Below, piece after piece: positions 63,936-64,000 of a DNA stretch of 64,000 nt. The notes under the pieces are model-generated. The model had not been told where the DNA came from, ran no database searches, and saw only the letters and a list, made by a program, of their open reading frames with translations. Within the stretch, counting starts at the first letter, position 1, and every line of letters begins with the position of its first letter. The stretch comes from Potamilus streckersoni (lineage: Eukaryota), in assembly GCA_016746295.1 (NCBI GenBank), contig JAEAOA010001935.1, positions 2,802,024-2,866,023 of the forward strand. Direction: 5' to 3'. The position numbers and the translations under genes were made by a program.

Positions 63936-64000
63936 GTGCAGTTCCCTTTAGTGCTTTATATACTAAAACAACTTTGCTGCAAACAGTTCCTTAACCAGCT

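Overview
This window is AT-rich, intron-containing metazoan DNA, probably from an invertebrate with a large, repeat-rich genome. No prokaryotic-type system is present. Roughly 40% of the window is tandem repeat, made up of more than 20 unrelated satellite or minisatellite families with units of 20 to 117 bp. The largest are a 25-bp satellite of about 10.2 kb, a 70-bp satellite of about 3 kb and a 48-bp satellite of about 1.4 kb, and there are several microsatellites. Interspersed elements include one full tRNA-derived SINE with a target-site duplication, a diverged minus-strand copy of it, and two identical 5'-truncated copies carried inside the 25-bp satellite. There are also two 3' tails of a LINE-like element, a decayed retrotransposon reverse-transcriptase fragment, a foldback element family and a dispersed ~160-bp repeat family. 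Most long ORFs in the six-frame track are translations of satellites and are not genes. Real coding signal is sparse and entirely on the + strand. Two spliced exons encode a ubiquitin/NEDD8-like domain (410-584 and 1763-1830). One large 2.3-kb exon (9129-11442) encodes a low-complexity protein with a Q-rich stretch, a Pol II CTD-like 'SYSPTSP' motif and a long Arg/Ser (RS) domain. It is followed by four small candidate exons whose splice phases are all mutually consistent, ending in a non-repetitive terminal exon (33628-33965) with a downstream ATTAAA. The most interesting hypothesis is a single SR-related gene whose introns have been inflated by kilobase-scale satellite arrays, together with an internally consistent history of SINE insertion into a satellite followed by array amplification. 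Product and family assignments are from memory only, and nothing here could be searched against a database.
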